64,000 nt of DNA from Treponemataceae bacterium. GTDB lineage: Bacteria; Spirochaetota; Spirochaetia; Treponematales; Rectinemataceae. How positions within the stretch are numbered: the first letter of the stretch is position 1; every line of letters starts with the position of its first letter. The notes below the pieces were generated by a model. That model saw only the letters and a program-made list of their open reading frames with translations, searched no databases and had not been told where the DNA came from. Positions 1 to 10,024 of this stretch are shown piece by piece. Where the stretch lies: positions 544,001-608,000 of the forward strand of contig CAXXVZ010000002.1 of the NCBI GenBank assembly GCA_963678065.2, written 5' to 3'. A program made the position numbers and the translations under genes.

Positions 1-540
1 AACGAGTACGCGCGGGGAAAAGGCGTGGGGCTCGAACACTACATCATCTCATCCGGTCTGCGGGAGATGATCGAGGGCACGAAGATCGCGCGCGAGTTCA
101 GAAAGATCTACGCATCGGGCTTCATGTACGACGAGAACGGCGTGGCGGTGTGGCCCGCCCTGGCGATCAACTACACGACCAAGACCCAGTTCCTCTTCAG
201 AATCAACAAGGGAACTCTCGATGTCTCCGACAACTCCCTCATCAACACGTATGTTCCGAAGGAAGATCGTCCGCTGCCCTTCGAGAATATGGTCTACATC
301 GGGGACGGCGAGACCGACATTCCCTGTTTCCGCATGGTGAAGAAAGAGGGAGGTTATTCGATCGCGGTGTACCAGCCGAGGAAAGGCGGCTCGAAACAGC
401 GCATCGAGAAGCTTCTCGCCGAAGGCAGGGCCAATCTGATTGCGCCGGCAGACTATCAGGGCGGGTCGGTCATCGACTCGAGCGTCCGCGCCATCGTCGA
501 CAGGATCGAGGCTTCTTCCCGCATCGGAGGCGCGAAATGA
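1..540 (+). CDS. HAD-like hydrolase, 5' truncated by the window edge
   Basis: Open from base 1; HAD motifs YIISSG and MVYIGDGETD; stop at 538-540. Confidence 0.8.
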   Translation, partial: NEYARGKGVGLEHYIISSGLREMIEGTKIAREFRKIYASGFMYDENGVAVWPALAINYTTKTQFLFRINKGTLDVSDNSLINTYVPKEDRPLPFENMVYIGDGETDIPCFRMVKKEGGYSIAVYQPRKGGSKQRIEKLLAEGRANLIAPADYQGGSVIDSSVRAIVDRIEASSRIGGAK

Positions 541-568
541 CTCATATAGCCGCTCCGGAACCGCGGCT

Positions 569-1996
569 TCAGCCGCGAAGTACTCCTTCCTCCGCAAAGA
601 ACTCGGCGAGCCTGGACACGCCCCGGCCGATAGCGGCCTCGTCGAGGTGTCCGTAGCCCACCAGGAAGCTGTCCATCCAGCGCCCGGGGACGAGGGCGTG
701 GCCTTCTACCCCTGTCAGAGCGATCCTGCGTCCGCGCGCGCGGGCGTACAGGGATTCGTCCATGCGCAGGCCGGAAAGGCGGACCGCGACGTGGAGGCCG
801 GCGGAGTCGCCGAGGACCCGCGCGCGGTCTTTGAAGGCCGAACTCAGGGCGGAAAGGAGGGCCTCGCGGCGGCGCGCGTAGAGCCGCCTCATCCGGGCGA
901 CGTGCCGGTCCACGGTCCGGTCGGCAAGGAGGCGCGCCAGGGCAGCCTGCCCGAAAGGCGGATTCTGCACATCCGAATGGATGCGGGCGTCGAGCCAGGC
1001 GCACCGGAGAGCCCGGGGGACGAGGGCGTAGCCAATCCGGAGGGCAGGGAAAAGGGTCTTGCTGAAGGTCCCGACGTACACGGTCCGTTCCGGATCGAGA
1101 GACCACAACGGCGCGATCGGGGGGCCGGAATAGCGGAACTCCGCGTCGTAGTCGTCCTCGATACTATACGCGTCGCGCTCCCGCGCCCAACGGACAAGTT
1201 CGGTGCGCCGGGAAGCGGGCAGAACTCCCCCGAGGGGGAATTGATGGGAGGGAGTGATGTAGGCCGCGATCGCTTGGATCGAGGACAGGAACTCTGTGCG
1301 CATGCCCGACTCGTCGGCCTCGACGGGGACGACGCCCAGCCCGACGCCGCGGATCGTCCGGATCATGCCGCTGTGGCAGGGATCCTCCGCGGCGATCGCC
1401 CCGCCGCGGAGCGCCAGCGTCAGGGCGATCACGTGGAGCGCGTGCGTCGCCCCGGCCGTCACGAAGACTGCCTCGGGGGACACGCGCAGGCCCCGAGCGC
1501 GGAAAAGATAGGAGGCGATCTCAGTCCGAAGGGCGGGAAGACCCTCGCCCGGACCGTAGAGCCAGTCGCACGGCTGTGAGCCCTCCGCCGCCCGGAGAAG
1601 AGCCCGGCTCCAGGCCGCGCGCGGTATGGTCGCCGAGTCCGGCCTCCCCGTGCGGAAATCGACCTCGATCGGCTTCCCCTTCCCGACGCCGCGTGCATCG
1701 TCCCGCAGGGCTTCAGGCCCCGGAAACGCCGCGACATCCGCCGCCCTCAGAGCGACGCCCCGCGCGATCCGCGCCCGCGTCCCCACGGAGCACTCGATGT
1801 AACCCTCCGCGGCGAGGAGATCGTAAGCCTCACAGACAGTATTCCGGGACACGCCCATCTGCGCGGCCAGAACACGCGTCGCGGGGAGATGCTCTCCCGC
1901 GGGAAGCCTGCCGTCCAGCGCGGCGGCTCGAAACCATTCGAATATCTGTCGGGACAAGGCGAGATCCTGATTTCGCACAAGCGGTGGAAGTTCCAT
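569..1996 (-). CDS. MocR/GabR-family transcriptional regulator (GntR wHTH + PLP aminotransferase domain)
   Basis: LPATRVLAAQMGVSRNTV wHTH; YITPSHQFPLG, IEDDYDAEF and GTFSKTLFPALRIGY motifs; ATG at 1996 preceded by GGAGGG. Confidence 0.92.
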   Translation of the reverse strand: MELPPLVRNQDLALSRQIFEWFRAAALDGRLPAGEHLPATRVLAAQMGVSRNTVCEAYDLLAAEGYIECSVGTRARIARGVALRAADVAAFPGPEALRDDARGVGKGKPIEVDFRTGRPDSATIPRAAWSRALLRAAEGSQPCDWLYGPGEGLPALRTEIASYLFRARGLRVSPEAVFVTAGATHALHVIALTLALRGGAIAAEDPCHSGMIRTIRGVGLGVVPVEADESGMRTEFLSSIQAIAAYITPSHQFPLGGVLPASRRTELVRWARERDAYSIEDDYDAEFRYSGPPIAPLWSLDPERTVYVGTFSKTLFPALRIGYALVPRALRCAWLDARIHSDVQNPPFGQAALARLLADRTVDRHVARMRRLYARRREALLSALSSAFKDRARVLGDSAGLHVAVRLSGLRMDESLYARARGRRIALTGVEGHALVPGRWMDSFLVGYGHLDEAAIGRGVSRLAEFFAEEGVLRG

Positions 1997-2007
1997 GTAT
2001 CCCTCCA

Positions 2008-2057
2008 AAGCGGTACTCTCAACATAGCGCAGAAGTGGATCTTTTGCCATTCCACTT
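2008..2057. promoter_or_regulatory. Putative MocR-family operator boxes
   Basis: Inverted pair AAGTGGA (2033-2039) N11 TCCACTT (2051-2057) plus a degenerate direct copy AAGCGGT (2008-2014) in the divergent intergenic region. Confidence 0.45.
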
Positions 2058-2099
2058 TTCATCGTACCATCGCCTGGAACAGAAACCGGGGAGGACGAG

Positions 2100-3029
2100 A
2101 TGCGCAGCGAGAAGGCAGGTGGCTTGTATCTGGCGGCGGGCTTCATTCTGGCGGGCTCGGCGACGACGGCGGGAAAAGGACTCGTGGCCACGCTCGGCCC
2201 CTTCACCATAACGGCCGCGGGGCTCGCCTTCGCGCTGCCCGCCCTGGTTCCCTTCGCCCTGAAGGGACCCCGCCCGAGCCGCCGGGAACTCGGCCTCACC
2301 GCGCTACTCGGTTTCTTCGGGATCTTCGTGTACCGCATATGCCTGATCTCGGCTCTCTCCCTTGTGAACGCGGGAGAGGCCGGGTTGATGACCGGCGCCG
2401 CGCCAGCGTTCACAGCCATCGCCTCGTGGCTTTTCCTGCGCGAGCGACCTTCCCCGTTGCCGGTTCTCGGAGTCATCGCCGCGAGCGCGGGGATCTTCCT
2501 GGTCAGATTCGGCGCGCTCGGCGGCGCGGTCGATGCCGCTTCCGGCTTCACATCTTCGGGACGCTCTCTCGGTCTTCTCCTGGCCCTGGGCGCCGCCGCC
2601 TCGGAATCGGTTTTCGCCATCCTTTCGCGCCTGGCCTGGAGGAAGGATGCAGACGCGGACTCGCGGAGAAGGGCAGCCCTGACCGCGGCCTGGGCTTTCG
2701 CGTTCTCGCTCGGGCCCGCCGCGGCGGAACGGCCGCTCGGGGCGCTCGCCGCCTTGCCTCCCGTGGCCTGGATCGCGCTCGCATGGTACGGACTCTTCGT
2801 GACGGCGGCCTCCTACATATGCTGGTACGAAGGAATCAGACGCGTCGAGGCATCCCGGGCGGCGGCGTACACGGGCATCGTGCCGGTCGTCGCCCTCGCC
2901 CTGCCCGCACTGCTTCTGGGCGAGAGGCCCTCGGCGACGAGCGTCGCTGGCTGCTTCCTCGTCGCGCTCGGGATCGTCGCGACTGCGCTGCCGCGGAACC
3001 CGCAATCCGTGCAACCGCAGACACACTGA
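2100..3029 (+). CDS. DMT/EamA-family transporter
   Basis: About 10 hydrophobic segments in two repeats, each ending in an L(R/G)ERP motif; GGAGGA RBS; divergent from the MocR regulator. Confidence 0.88.
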   Translation: MRSEKAGGLYLAAGFILAGSATTAGKGLVATLGPFTITAAGLAFALPALVPFALKGPRPSRRELGLTALLGFFGIFVYRICLISALSLVNAGEAGLMTGAAPAFTAIASWLFLRERPSPLPVLGVIAASAGIFLVRFGALGGAVDAASGFTSSGRSLGLLLALGAAASESVFAILSRLAWRKDADADSRRRAALTAAWAFAFSLGPAAAERPLGALAALPPVAWIALAWYGLFVTAASYICWYEGIRRVEASRAAAYTGIVPVVALALPALLLGERPSATSVAGCFLVALGIVATALPRNPQSVQPQTH

Positions 3030-3128
3030 CCACACACAGTGACACCGCATGCCGAGACAGGCGCGGGTTGGGTGTCCGGTTTCATAACGCTCCCGGTAGA
3101 ACTATATTCAAAGGTGAACGGAGGAATC

Positions 3129-3596
3129 ATGGACATCAAAAAACGCATCGCGCTCGTCGCCCACGACAACGAAAAACGCGACCTCACGGAGTGGGTCCAG
3201 TACAACTGGGAAACCCTCATCGGGCACGAACTCGTATCTACGGGCACCACAGGGCGCCTCATCGAAGAAACGATTCTTGCCAAGGCCGGAGAGGATCGGG
3301 CATCGGAACTTCGCCTCACCCGCCTGAAATCGGGCCCCCTCGGCGGGGACCAACAGCTCGGCTCCCTCATCGCCGAGGGGAAAATCGACATCGTGATCTT
3401 CTTCTGGGACCCCATGTCGCCCCACCCTCATGACGTCGACGTCAAGGCCCTCCTCAGGATCGCAGTCCTTTACAATATTCCCATGGCCTGCAACCGCTCG
3501 AGCGCGGATTTCATCATCTCGAGTTCCCTCTTCCAGGAGAAATACGAACCCGAAGTCAGGGACTATGGGACCTACCTCGCCAGGGCGATCAAATGA
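3129..3596 (+). CDS. mgsA: Methylglyoxal synthase
   Basis: IALVAHD, STGTTG, SGPLGGDQQ, FFWDPMSPHPHDVDVKAL and PMACN motifs; GGAGG RBS. Confidence 0.97.
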   Translation: MDIKKRIALVAHDNEKRDLTEWVQYNWETLIGHELVSTGTTGRLIEETILAKAGEDRASELRLTRLKSGPLGGDQQLGSLIAEGKIDIVIFFWDPMSPHPHDVDVKALLRIAVLYNIPMACNRSSADFIISSSLFQEKYEPEVRDYGTYLARAIK

Positions 3597-3628
3597 GGAG
3601 AGCCGGCTAGGCCGCCCTTCGCGCGCGC

Positions 3629-4582
3629 CTAAAAAACGACGCCGACCAGGATCATGCAGAGTGGAATCGTCGCAAGGCTGAGCACTGTCGAGAGAGAGGT
3701 TGCGACCCCCGCGTATTCCGGGTCAGCCCCGTAGGTCGCAGCCAGGATGGGAGTCTGGGTCATGGCGGGCATCGAAGCCTGCACGAGGAAGACTTGTTTC
3801 ATGAGGAGGGGCAGGTCGAGGGGGCGCACGACGAGTACGAGGAGAAGCGGGGAGACGAGGAAGCGCCCCGCGAGGACGAGAAGGAGGTCGCGCTCGACCT
3901 TGAGCTTCTTCCACTCGACGCGCGAGATCACGATACCGATGAAGAGCATGGACAGCGGCGTCGTCATGGAGCCGAGGGTTTTGCAGAAATCCATGATCGA
4001 CTTCGGAAGGCGGATACCGAGCATGATCATGGCCACTGCCGCCATGAAGGCCACAAGGGGCGGAGAGAGTATGCGCCTGAGTCCTTCCGCGGAGACGAGA
4101 GAAGGACGGGGCCGTCCGCTCCGGACCGCGCCGTCCGCGGCGATACCGTAGACGCCGATCGTCCAGAAGAGCGTGGTGTTCGCGATGTAGTAGAGAAGAA
4201 CGGAGGAGAGGCTTTCGTCGCCGAAGAGGACGAGATTGACGGGGAGGCCGATGAAAATGGTGTTCGAGAGGGCGAACATGGAGGCGAAAGTGCCCCGCCG
4301 CCCCCGCGGCAGACCGATGAGGACGGCGATGCCGGCCGCGATCGCGAAGCAAGAGGCCATGACCGCGAAGGGGACGGGAAGACCCGGCAGCATGGAGAGG
4401 AGCTTGGCCCGGTCGTAGCCTCCCATGAGGTTGGAGATCATGTAGGCAGGAAGTGCGACCGAGACGACAAGTTTGGAGAGAAGTGCGCTCGAGTTCCCCT
4501 CGAACCACCGGCGCTTCGCGAGAACGAAGCCAAGAGCGATCATGAGTATGACGGACAGCACGCTTTCGAGGGCATTCAGCAT
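3629..4582 (-). CDS. AEC (auxin efflux carrier) family transporter
   Basis: About 10 TM segments; SNTIFIGLP, TTPLSMLFIG and QASMPAM motifs. Confidence 0.88.
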   Translation of the reverse strand: MLNALESVLSVILMIALGFVLAKRRWFEGNSSALLSKLVVSVALPAYMISNLMGGYDRAKLLSMLPGLPVPFAVMASCFAIAAGIAVLIGLPRGRRGTFASMFALSNTIFIGLPVNLVLFGDESLSSVLLYYIANTTLFWTIGVYGIAADGAVRSGRPRPSLVSAEGLRRILSPPLVAFMAAVAMIMLGIRLPKSIMDFCKTLGSMTTPLSMLFIGIVISRVEWKKLKVERDLLLVLAGRFLVSPLLLVLVVRPLDLPLLMKQVFLVQASMPAMTQTPILAATYGADPEYAGVATSLSTVLSLATIPLCMILVGVVF

Positions 4583-4706
4583 GGCTCAATCCTGGCCGGC
4601 GGAAAGGTCTCTGTATAGCCCCTCGCCCCACATGCCGGATACTCTCTCGCAATGTCCTTCGGCCACGCATTGACCCGAAACGCACTAATCCGTGACACTG
4701 CCCCGC

Positions 4707-5243
4707 ATGGCCCTCAAATCGACGATCTACAAGGTTGAACTCGACATTGCTGACCTCGACAGGAACTACTACGCGCCCCATACGCTTACCCTGGCCTGCC
4801 ACCCCTCGGAGTCCGAAACCCGCATGATGATCGGCCTCGTCGTCTTCGCCCTCAACGCCCACGAGAGGCTCGCCTTCAGCCGCGGCCTCTCCGAGACCGA
4901 GGAGCCCGATCTCTGGCAGCGCGATCTCGCAGGCGATCTGGAACTCTGGATCGAACTGGGCCACCCCGACGAGAAACGCCTGGCCAAGGCCTGCGGCCGC
5001 TCGCGGGCGGTGCTCGTCTACACCTATTCGGCTTCTCCCGAACTCTGGTGGGATCCCGCTTCTTCGAAACTGTCGCGGTTTAAAAACCTCTCGGCCCGCC
5101 GCTTCGATCCCGCCGAAACAGCTGCCCTTGCCGGTTTTGTACAGCGCAGCATGAGCCTGTCCTGCACCATCCAGGACGGTGAGGTCTGGCTTCGCGACGC
5201 GGATGACCGCGAGGCGCGGCTGTCGGTCGGGGTCATCAAGTAG
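4707..5243 (+). CDS. yaeQ: YaeQ-family protein
   Basis: MALKSTIYKVELDIADLDRNYY, HPSESETRMM, EPDLWQRDL and WIELGHPDEKRL are typical of YaeQ. Confidence 0.93.
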   Translation: MALKSTIYKVELDIADLDRNYYAPHTLTLACHPSESETRMMIGLVVFALNAHERLAFSRGLSETEEPDLWQRDLAGDLELWIELGHPDEKRLAKACGRSRAVLVYTYSASPELWWDPASSKLSRFKNLSARRFDPAETAALAGFVQRSMSLSCTIQDGEVWLRDADDREARLSVGVIK

Positions 5244-5347
5244 CGATTCCCCAAAAAGGAAAATCTGTAATACAGCCCTCCCGACCGGGGCTTCCAGCCA
5301 ACTCTGCTCCGGCGGAAGAGGAACGACTCATGGCGAACATTTTTTCC

Positions 5348-5393
5348 TTGACAGGTAAAAAATACCGTGCTACTCATGATTAATCGTTTAATC
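5348..5393 (+). promoter_or_regulatory. Sigma70-type promoter with a LacI-type operator
   Basis: TTGACA at 5348-5353; near-palindrome GATTAATCGTTTAATC at 5378-5393 with central CG; a LacI gene ends the operon. Confidence 0.65.
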
Positions 5394-5414
5394 TCACTTT
5401 TTTCTGGAGGCACT

Positions 5415-6668
5415 ATGAAGCTGAAAGCGGTATTTTTCCTCGTAGTCGCTATAACCATGCTCACAGCGGCGTCCGTGACGGCGCAGCAGGCGACAGAGCT
5501 TCGCTTCGTCACCTGGACGGGCAACCAGGCCCAGCTCGATCTTCTGGGAACCTTCGCCAGGGAATTCGCGCAGAAGAGCGGCAAGAACGTATCGGTCAAG
5601 TTCGAGACCATAGCCTTTGCCGAGTACAACACCAAACTCGCACTGCAGCTGCAGAGCAGCTCGCCCCCTGACGCTGGCTGGATCCTCGAAACCTCGGCGC
5701 CCGCCTTCGTGGAAGGCAACCTTCTCCTCGACCTGACCGCGGCCATGAAGCCCTACAATCCCGCCGACTTCTCGGAACCCGCGATGGAACTTTGGAAGAA
5801 GGGCGGAAAAATCTATGCCGTCCCCTTCTCGACCTCCCCCTTCGTGATCTTTTTCAACCGCGACCTGATCGCCAAGGCCGGCATGGCCTCCCCCGACGAG
5901 CTCATGGCCAAGGGCGACTGGACTCTCGCCAAGTTCCGCGAGATCTCGCTGAAAGTCAAAAAGGCGACGGGCGTCTACGGATTCCAGGGGGTCGACGGCC
6001 AGGCCTACGATTCGCGCATCTGGCACAACCTCGTTCCCTTCATCCGCGGATTCGGCGGCGACGCCTGGCTGGATGACGGCACGGTCATGATCAATTCCGA
6101 AAAATCCATCGCGGGCGTGAATTTCTTCAGGGACATGCTCCTCGTCGACGGTTCGGTAGTCCCCCCGGGCGACCAGAGCGACTTCTACAACGGCACCGCC
6201 GCGATGACGGTTGGCCAGCTCTCCCGCGTATCCAAGCTCTCGGGCGTATCCTGGAAGTGGGGCATGGCGACGCTCCCGACCGGTCCCGCGCTCAACTCCC
6301 AGGTCATCGGACAGGCCGGCATGGGCGTATTCGCCAAGGGAAAGAACGCCGCCCTCGCCGCCGATCTGGTCGCCTACATGACCGGCGAATCCTGCGTGGC
6401 CCGCATGGCCGGCATCTGGCCGCCCGCCCGGAAATCCGTCCTCGACTCCAGCGCCTTCCTCTCGTCGAACCCGGCCGTATCCCCCGCAGTGATGAAGTCG
6501 GTCATCGCCAACGCCATCAATGTCGGGAATGTCCTTCCGGCGCACAAGAATTTCACCCAGATCGACATGGAATCCAAGGCCGAATTCGACAAGCTCTGGA
6601 AAGAAAACGCAAATGTGAAGGGCATACTGGACGCCGTGGCCGCGATCATCAAGAGATACTCCAGGTAA
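5415..6668 (+). CDS. Sugar ABC transporter substrate-binding protein (CUT1)
   Basis: Signal peptide; IYAVPFSTSPFVIFFNRDL SBP_bac_1 motif; GGAGG RBS. Confidence 0.9.
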   Translation: MKLKAVFFLVVAITMLTAASVTAQQATELRFVTWTGNQAQLDLLGTFAREFAQKSGKNVSVKFETIAFAEYNTKLALQLQSSSPPDAGWILETSAPAFVEGNLLLDLTAAMKPYNPADFSEPAMELWKKGGKIYAVPFSTSPFVIFFNRDLIAKAGMASPDELMAKGDWTLAKFREISLKVKKATGVYGFQGVDGQAYDSRIWHNLVPFIRGFGGDAWLDDGTVMINSEKSIAGVNFFRDMLLVDGSVVPPGDQSDFYNGTAAMTVGQLSRVSKLSGVSWKWGMATLPTGPALNSQVIGQAGMGVFAKGKNAALAADLVAYMTGESCVARMAGIWPPARKSVLDSSAFLSSNPAVSPAVMKSVIANAINVGNVLPAHKNFTQIDMESKAEFDKLWKENANVKGILDAVAAIIKRYSR

Positions 6669-6677
6669 TGTGGAGCA

Positions 6678-6716
6678 GTGCCGGCCTCAGGGGAGTTCCC
6701 TTCCCCGGCCGGCACG
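6678..6716 (+). other. Intercistronic stem-loop after the SBP gene
   Basis: GTGCCGGCC...GGCCGGCAC inverted repeat with no U-tract; probably an mRNA-stabilising hairpin. Confidence 0.45.
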
Positions 6717-6817
6717 CGACCGGCGCGTCGCCGTGGAAAAGCTGCGACGACCCCACCGCCCGCCGGACAAGGGCGCAGCCACACCACGACCATGACCAAA
6801 AACCGAAGGACATCCCG

Positions 6818-7720
6818 ATGACGAATACCCTGCGCGCGGCCCGGCGACGCGAAAGCCTGGCAGGCTGGCTCTTCGTGCTTCCCCAGATCGCGGGCTTCCT
6901 GGCCCTGGTGCTGATTCCCACGGTTCTGGTGATGTACTACTCCCTCCAGGAGAGAAACCTCCTCTTCGGGACCAGGAGCTTCGTCGGCCTCAGGAACTAC
7001 GCCGACATCGCCGGGGATCCCCTTTTCTACAAGACCCTGGGCAACACCCTGGTCTTCTCCCTGGGAGCCGTGCCGCTCAACATCGGGCTCTCCCTCGTCG
7101 CGGCGATCTTCCTCGCGAAGAACTTCCGCGGGGCCGGCTTCATCCGCGCCTCCATCTTCGCGCCGGTGGTGACCTCGGCGGTCGCCTGGGCCATCGTCTG
7201 GAAGTTCCTGCTGCAGGGCGGCGACGCCGGCGTCATCAATAGGATCCTCGCGATCTTCGGCCTCGCGGGCCCCAACTGGCTGCGCGAGCCGGGCTGGGCC
7301 ATGGCCAGCGTGGTCGTCACCCGCGTGCTCAAGAACCTGGGCATGAACGTCCTCATCCTGACGGGCGCCATGCTCAACACGCCCGCCGAGGTGATCGAGG
7401 CGGCGACGATAGACGGGGCCAGGGGCTGGCGCATGTTCTCGTCGATCAAGATTCCCCTGCTCTCGCCGACCATCATCATGGTCACCATCATCACGGTCAT
7501 CGGTTCGCTCAAGGTCTTCGATTCGATCAAGCTCATGACCGCGGGAGGACCCGAGAATTCGACGATGGTTCTCGTCTACTACATCTACTACCAGGGCTTC
7601 CAGCTCTTCAAAACGGGCTACGCGAGCGCGGCCTCGGTCATCCTGTTCGCCATCATTCTCGGCCTGACGATGATCCAGTGGCGGCTGCGCGGAAGGCTGT
7701 CCTTTCAGGAAAAGGAGTAG
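6818..7720 (+). CDS. Sugar ABC transporter permease
   Basis: EAATIDGA EAA motif; multiple TM segments; start taken at MTNTLR. Confidence 0.9.
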   Translation: MTNTLRAARRRESLAGWLFVLPQIAGFLALVLIPTVLVMYYSLQERNLLFGTRSFVGLRNYADIAGDPLFYKTLGNTLVFSLGAVPLNIGLSLVAAIFLAKNFRGAGFIRASIFAPVVTSAVAWAIVWKFLLQGGDAGVINRILAIFGLAGPNWLREPGWAMASVVVTRVLKNLGMNVLILTGAMLNTPAEVIEAATIDGARGWRMFSSIKIPLLSPTIIMVTIITVIGSLKVFDSIKLMTAGGPENSTMVLVYYIYYQGFQLFKTGYASAASVILFAIILGLTMIQWRLRGRLSFQEKE

Positions 7721-7723
7721 GGC

Positions 7724-8566
7724 ATGCGCAGATCCAACTCCCGCACCGCGCAGGCATGGGCAAAGCTGGCCCTCGGCCTCCTCGTCACTCTGCCATTCCT
7801 GTATCCCTTCTGGTGGATGCTCGTGAATTCCCTGAACACCGCGCCGGAGATCTTCGGGGCGCCCTCGCTGTTGCCGAAGAGCTGGCGCTGGGCGAACTAC
7901 CGCGAAATCTTCACCTACCAGCCCTTCGCCCGGCACTACCTCAACAGCCTCGTCGTGGCCGGAATCGGCGTCGTCGGCAATGTGCTCTTCGCCGCCCTCG
8001 CCGGCTACGGCTTCGCCCGCCTGCGCTTCAGGGGACGCAATGCCATGTTCATGGTCATCCTGACGGCCCTGATGATGCCCGTCGAAGTCACCATCATCCC
8101 CCTTTTCGAGATGGTCAAAGGCGTCGGGCTCTACAACAGGCTCGCCCCCCTTGTGCTGCTCGCGATATTCGGCTCGCAGGGCGCATTTTCCACCTTCCTC
8201 ATGCGCCAGTATTTCATGTCGCTTCCTAAAGAGCTCGAGGAGGCGGCGCGTATCGACGGCCTGGGGCCCTTTGCGACCTTCGCCAGGATCGCCTTCCCCC
8301 TCGCGGCGCCGGCCGTGGGCTCTGCGGCGATCCTGGCCTTCCTCGCAAGCTGGAATTCCTTCCTGGAGCCCCTGGTCTTTCTGAGCGACCTCGCGAAGTT
8401 CACCCTGCCCCTCTCGCTGGCCAACTTCACCGACACCTACGGCCTCCCGCAGTGGCATCTCCAGCTCGCCGCGACCAGCCTCGCGGTGCTGCCCATCCTC
8501 GTGGTATACGTGGTGTTCCAGCGAAAGATCGCCGACGCCATGGTTTTCTCCGGACTGAAGGGTTGA
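7724..8566 (+). CDS. Sugar ABC transporter permease
   Basis: ELEEAARIDG motif; SWNSFLEPL; TM pattern. Confidence 0.92.
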   Translation: MRRSNSRTAQAWAKLALGLLVTLPFLYPFWWMLVNSLNTAPEIFGAPSLLPKSWRWANYREIFTYQPFARHYLNSLVVAGIGVVGNVLFAALAGYGFARLRFRGRNAMFMVILTALMMPVEVTIIPLFEMVKGVGLYNRLAPLVLLAIFGSQGAFSTFLMRQYFMSLPKELEEAARIDGLGPFATFARIAFPLAAPAVGSAAILAFLASWNSFLEPLVFLSDLAKFTLPLSLANFTDTYGLPQWHLQLAATSLAVLPILVVYVVFQRKIADAMVFSGLKG

Positions 8567-8633
8567 GAGCCGGGCATATGCCTGAACTCAAGCCTGCATT
8601 TTCTTTCCCTCACATACAACAAAGGTGAATGCA

Positions 8634-10007
8634 ATGAACGATTCCGATAGTTTTGCCTATGATCTCGTCGTCGCCGGTCTCGGCATCTCGGGCAGCATGG
8701 CGGCGGTAGCCGCCGGACGCCTCGGACTCAAGGTGCTCGCTTTCGACTACGGCGCCTTCCCCGGCGGCGTCCTGACCTCCTCGGGCACAGGGCCCATGAT
8801 GACCTTCCACGCCGGGGACCTCCAGGTCATCCGCGGACTGACCGGCGAACTCGTGGACCGCATGGTCTCCAAAGGCTGGTCTCCCGGCCATCAGCCGGAT
8901 TCGACGGGCTTCACCTACACGGTGACCCCCTTCGACCACGAGGGCATGAAGCGCGAACTCGAGCTGATGCTCGACGAGGCGGGGGTGCGGATCCTCTATC
9001 ACGCCATGCTGGACGATGTCGAGGTCGACGACGGGAAGATCTGCGGTGTTTCCGTGATGACCAAGTCGGGAAAGCTGCGTTTCGCCGCCCCGTATTTCAT
9101 CGACGCAACGGGCGACGCGGAGCTGGCGTACAGGGCGGGCGTGCCTTGCGAGTTCGGCCGGCCCGAGGATGGCTTCGCCCAGCCCATGACCATGAAACTC
9201 CGCCTCCATGACGTGGACATAGCGGAAGTGCGCCGCTACATGCGCGAGAATCCCGGCGAGTTTCCTCTCCTGAAAGGCAGGAACGAGATACTCGACGCAG
9301 CGCAACGGCTCTCCTGTCTCGGCTTCACCTCCATCCTCCGCGACGCGATGGAGGCGGGCGAGCTGAGTTTCGGGCGCGAGACCGTACTCTTCTTCGAGAC
9401 AAACACCCCCGGCGAGGTGATCGTGAACATGAGCCGCATCCTCGGCAAGCGCTCGGTCGACCCCTGGTCCCTCTCCGACGCGGAGACCGAGGGGCGGGTC
9501 CAGGCCTGGGAACTCTACGAGTTTTTCAAAAAGCGCGTGCCGGGCTTCTCCCGCGCAAAGATGGGCTTCTCCGGGCCCTGCGTCGGCGTGCGCAGCTCGC
9601 GGCAGATCGTCGGCATGCACAAAATCACCGTGGACGAGCTCTTCGCCCGGACGCGTTTTCCGGACCTGATTTCCCATTGTGGCTATCCCGTGGACATCCA
9701 CAATCCCGACGGCTCCGGCACCGAACACAGGCACTTCGCCCACGGCGCGTATTACAATGTCCCCCTGCGCTCGATGCTGGCCAGGGAAATTTCCAACCTC
9801 GCGACGACGGGCCGATGCATCTGCGCTGATTTCGCCGCCCAGGCCTCGCTCAGGCTCTCGCCCCACGCGGGGGCCCTCGGTCACGCGGCGGGCGTGGCCG
9901 CCGCCGTCGCCTCGCGCTCAGGGACATCCTTCGCTGACGCCGATTGCGCGGAAATCCGCCGCGCGCTGCGGGATCAGGGCGCCTTCCTGAACGAATCGAA
10001 CGGCTGA
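8634..10007 (+). CDS. FAD-dependent oxidoreductase (FAD_oxidored/PF12831-like)
   Basis: DLVVAGLGISG Rossmann motif; FIDATGDAELA; QPMTM; YNVPLRSML...GRCI. Confidence 0.85.
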   Translation: MNDSDSFAYDLVVAGLGISGSMAAVAAGRLGLKVLAFDYGAFPGGVLTSSGTGPMMTFHAGDLQVIRGLTGELVDRMVSKGWSPGHQPDSTGFTYTVTPFDHEGMKRELELMLDEAGVRILYHAMLDDVEVDDGKICGVSVMTKSGKLRFAAPYFIDATGDAELAYRAGVPCEFGRPEDGFAQPMTMKLRLHDVDIAEVRRYMRENPGEFPLLKGRNEILDAAQRLSCLGFTSILRDAMEAGELSFGRETVLFFETNTPGEVIVNMSRILGKRSVDPWSLSDAETEGRVQAWELYEFFKKRVPGFSRAKMGFSGPCVGVRSSRQIVGMHKITVDELFARTRFPDLISHCGYPVDIHNPDGSGTEHRHFAHGAYYNVPLRSMLAREISNLATTGRCICADFAAQASLRLSPHAGALGHAAGVAAAVASRSGTSFADADCAEIRRALRDQGAFLNESNG

Positions 10008-10024
10008 AGACGGAGCGTATCGGT

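Noticed and set aside
569..2620. 683-aa version of the MocR ORF
   Set aside because: The extension overlaps the EamA gene on the other strand; an RBS-supported ATG at 1996 gives a normal-length protein.
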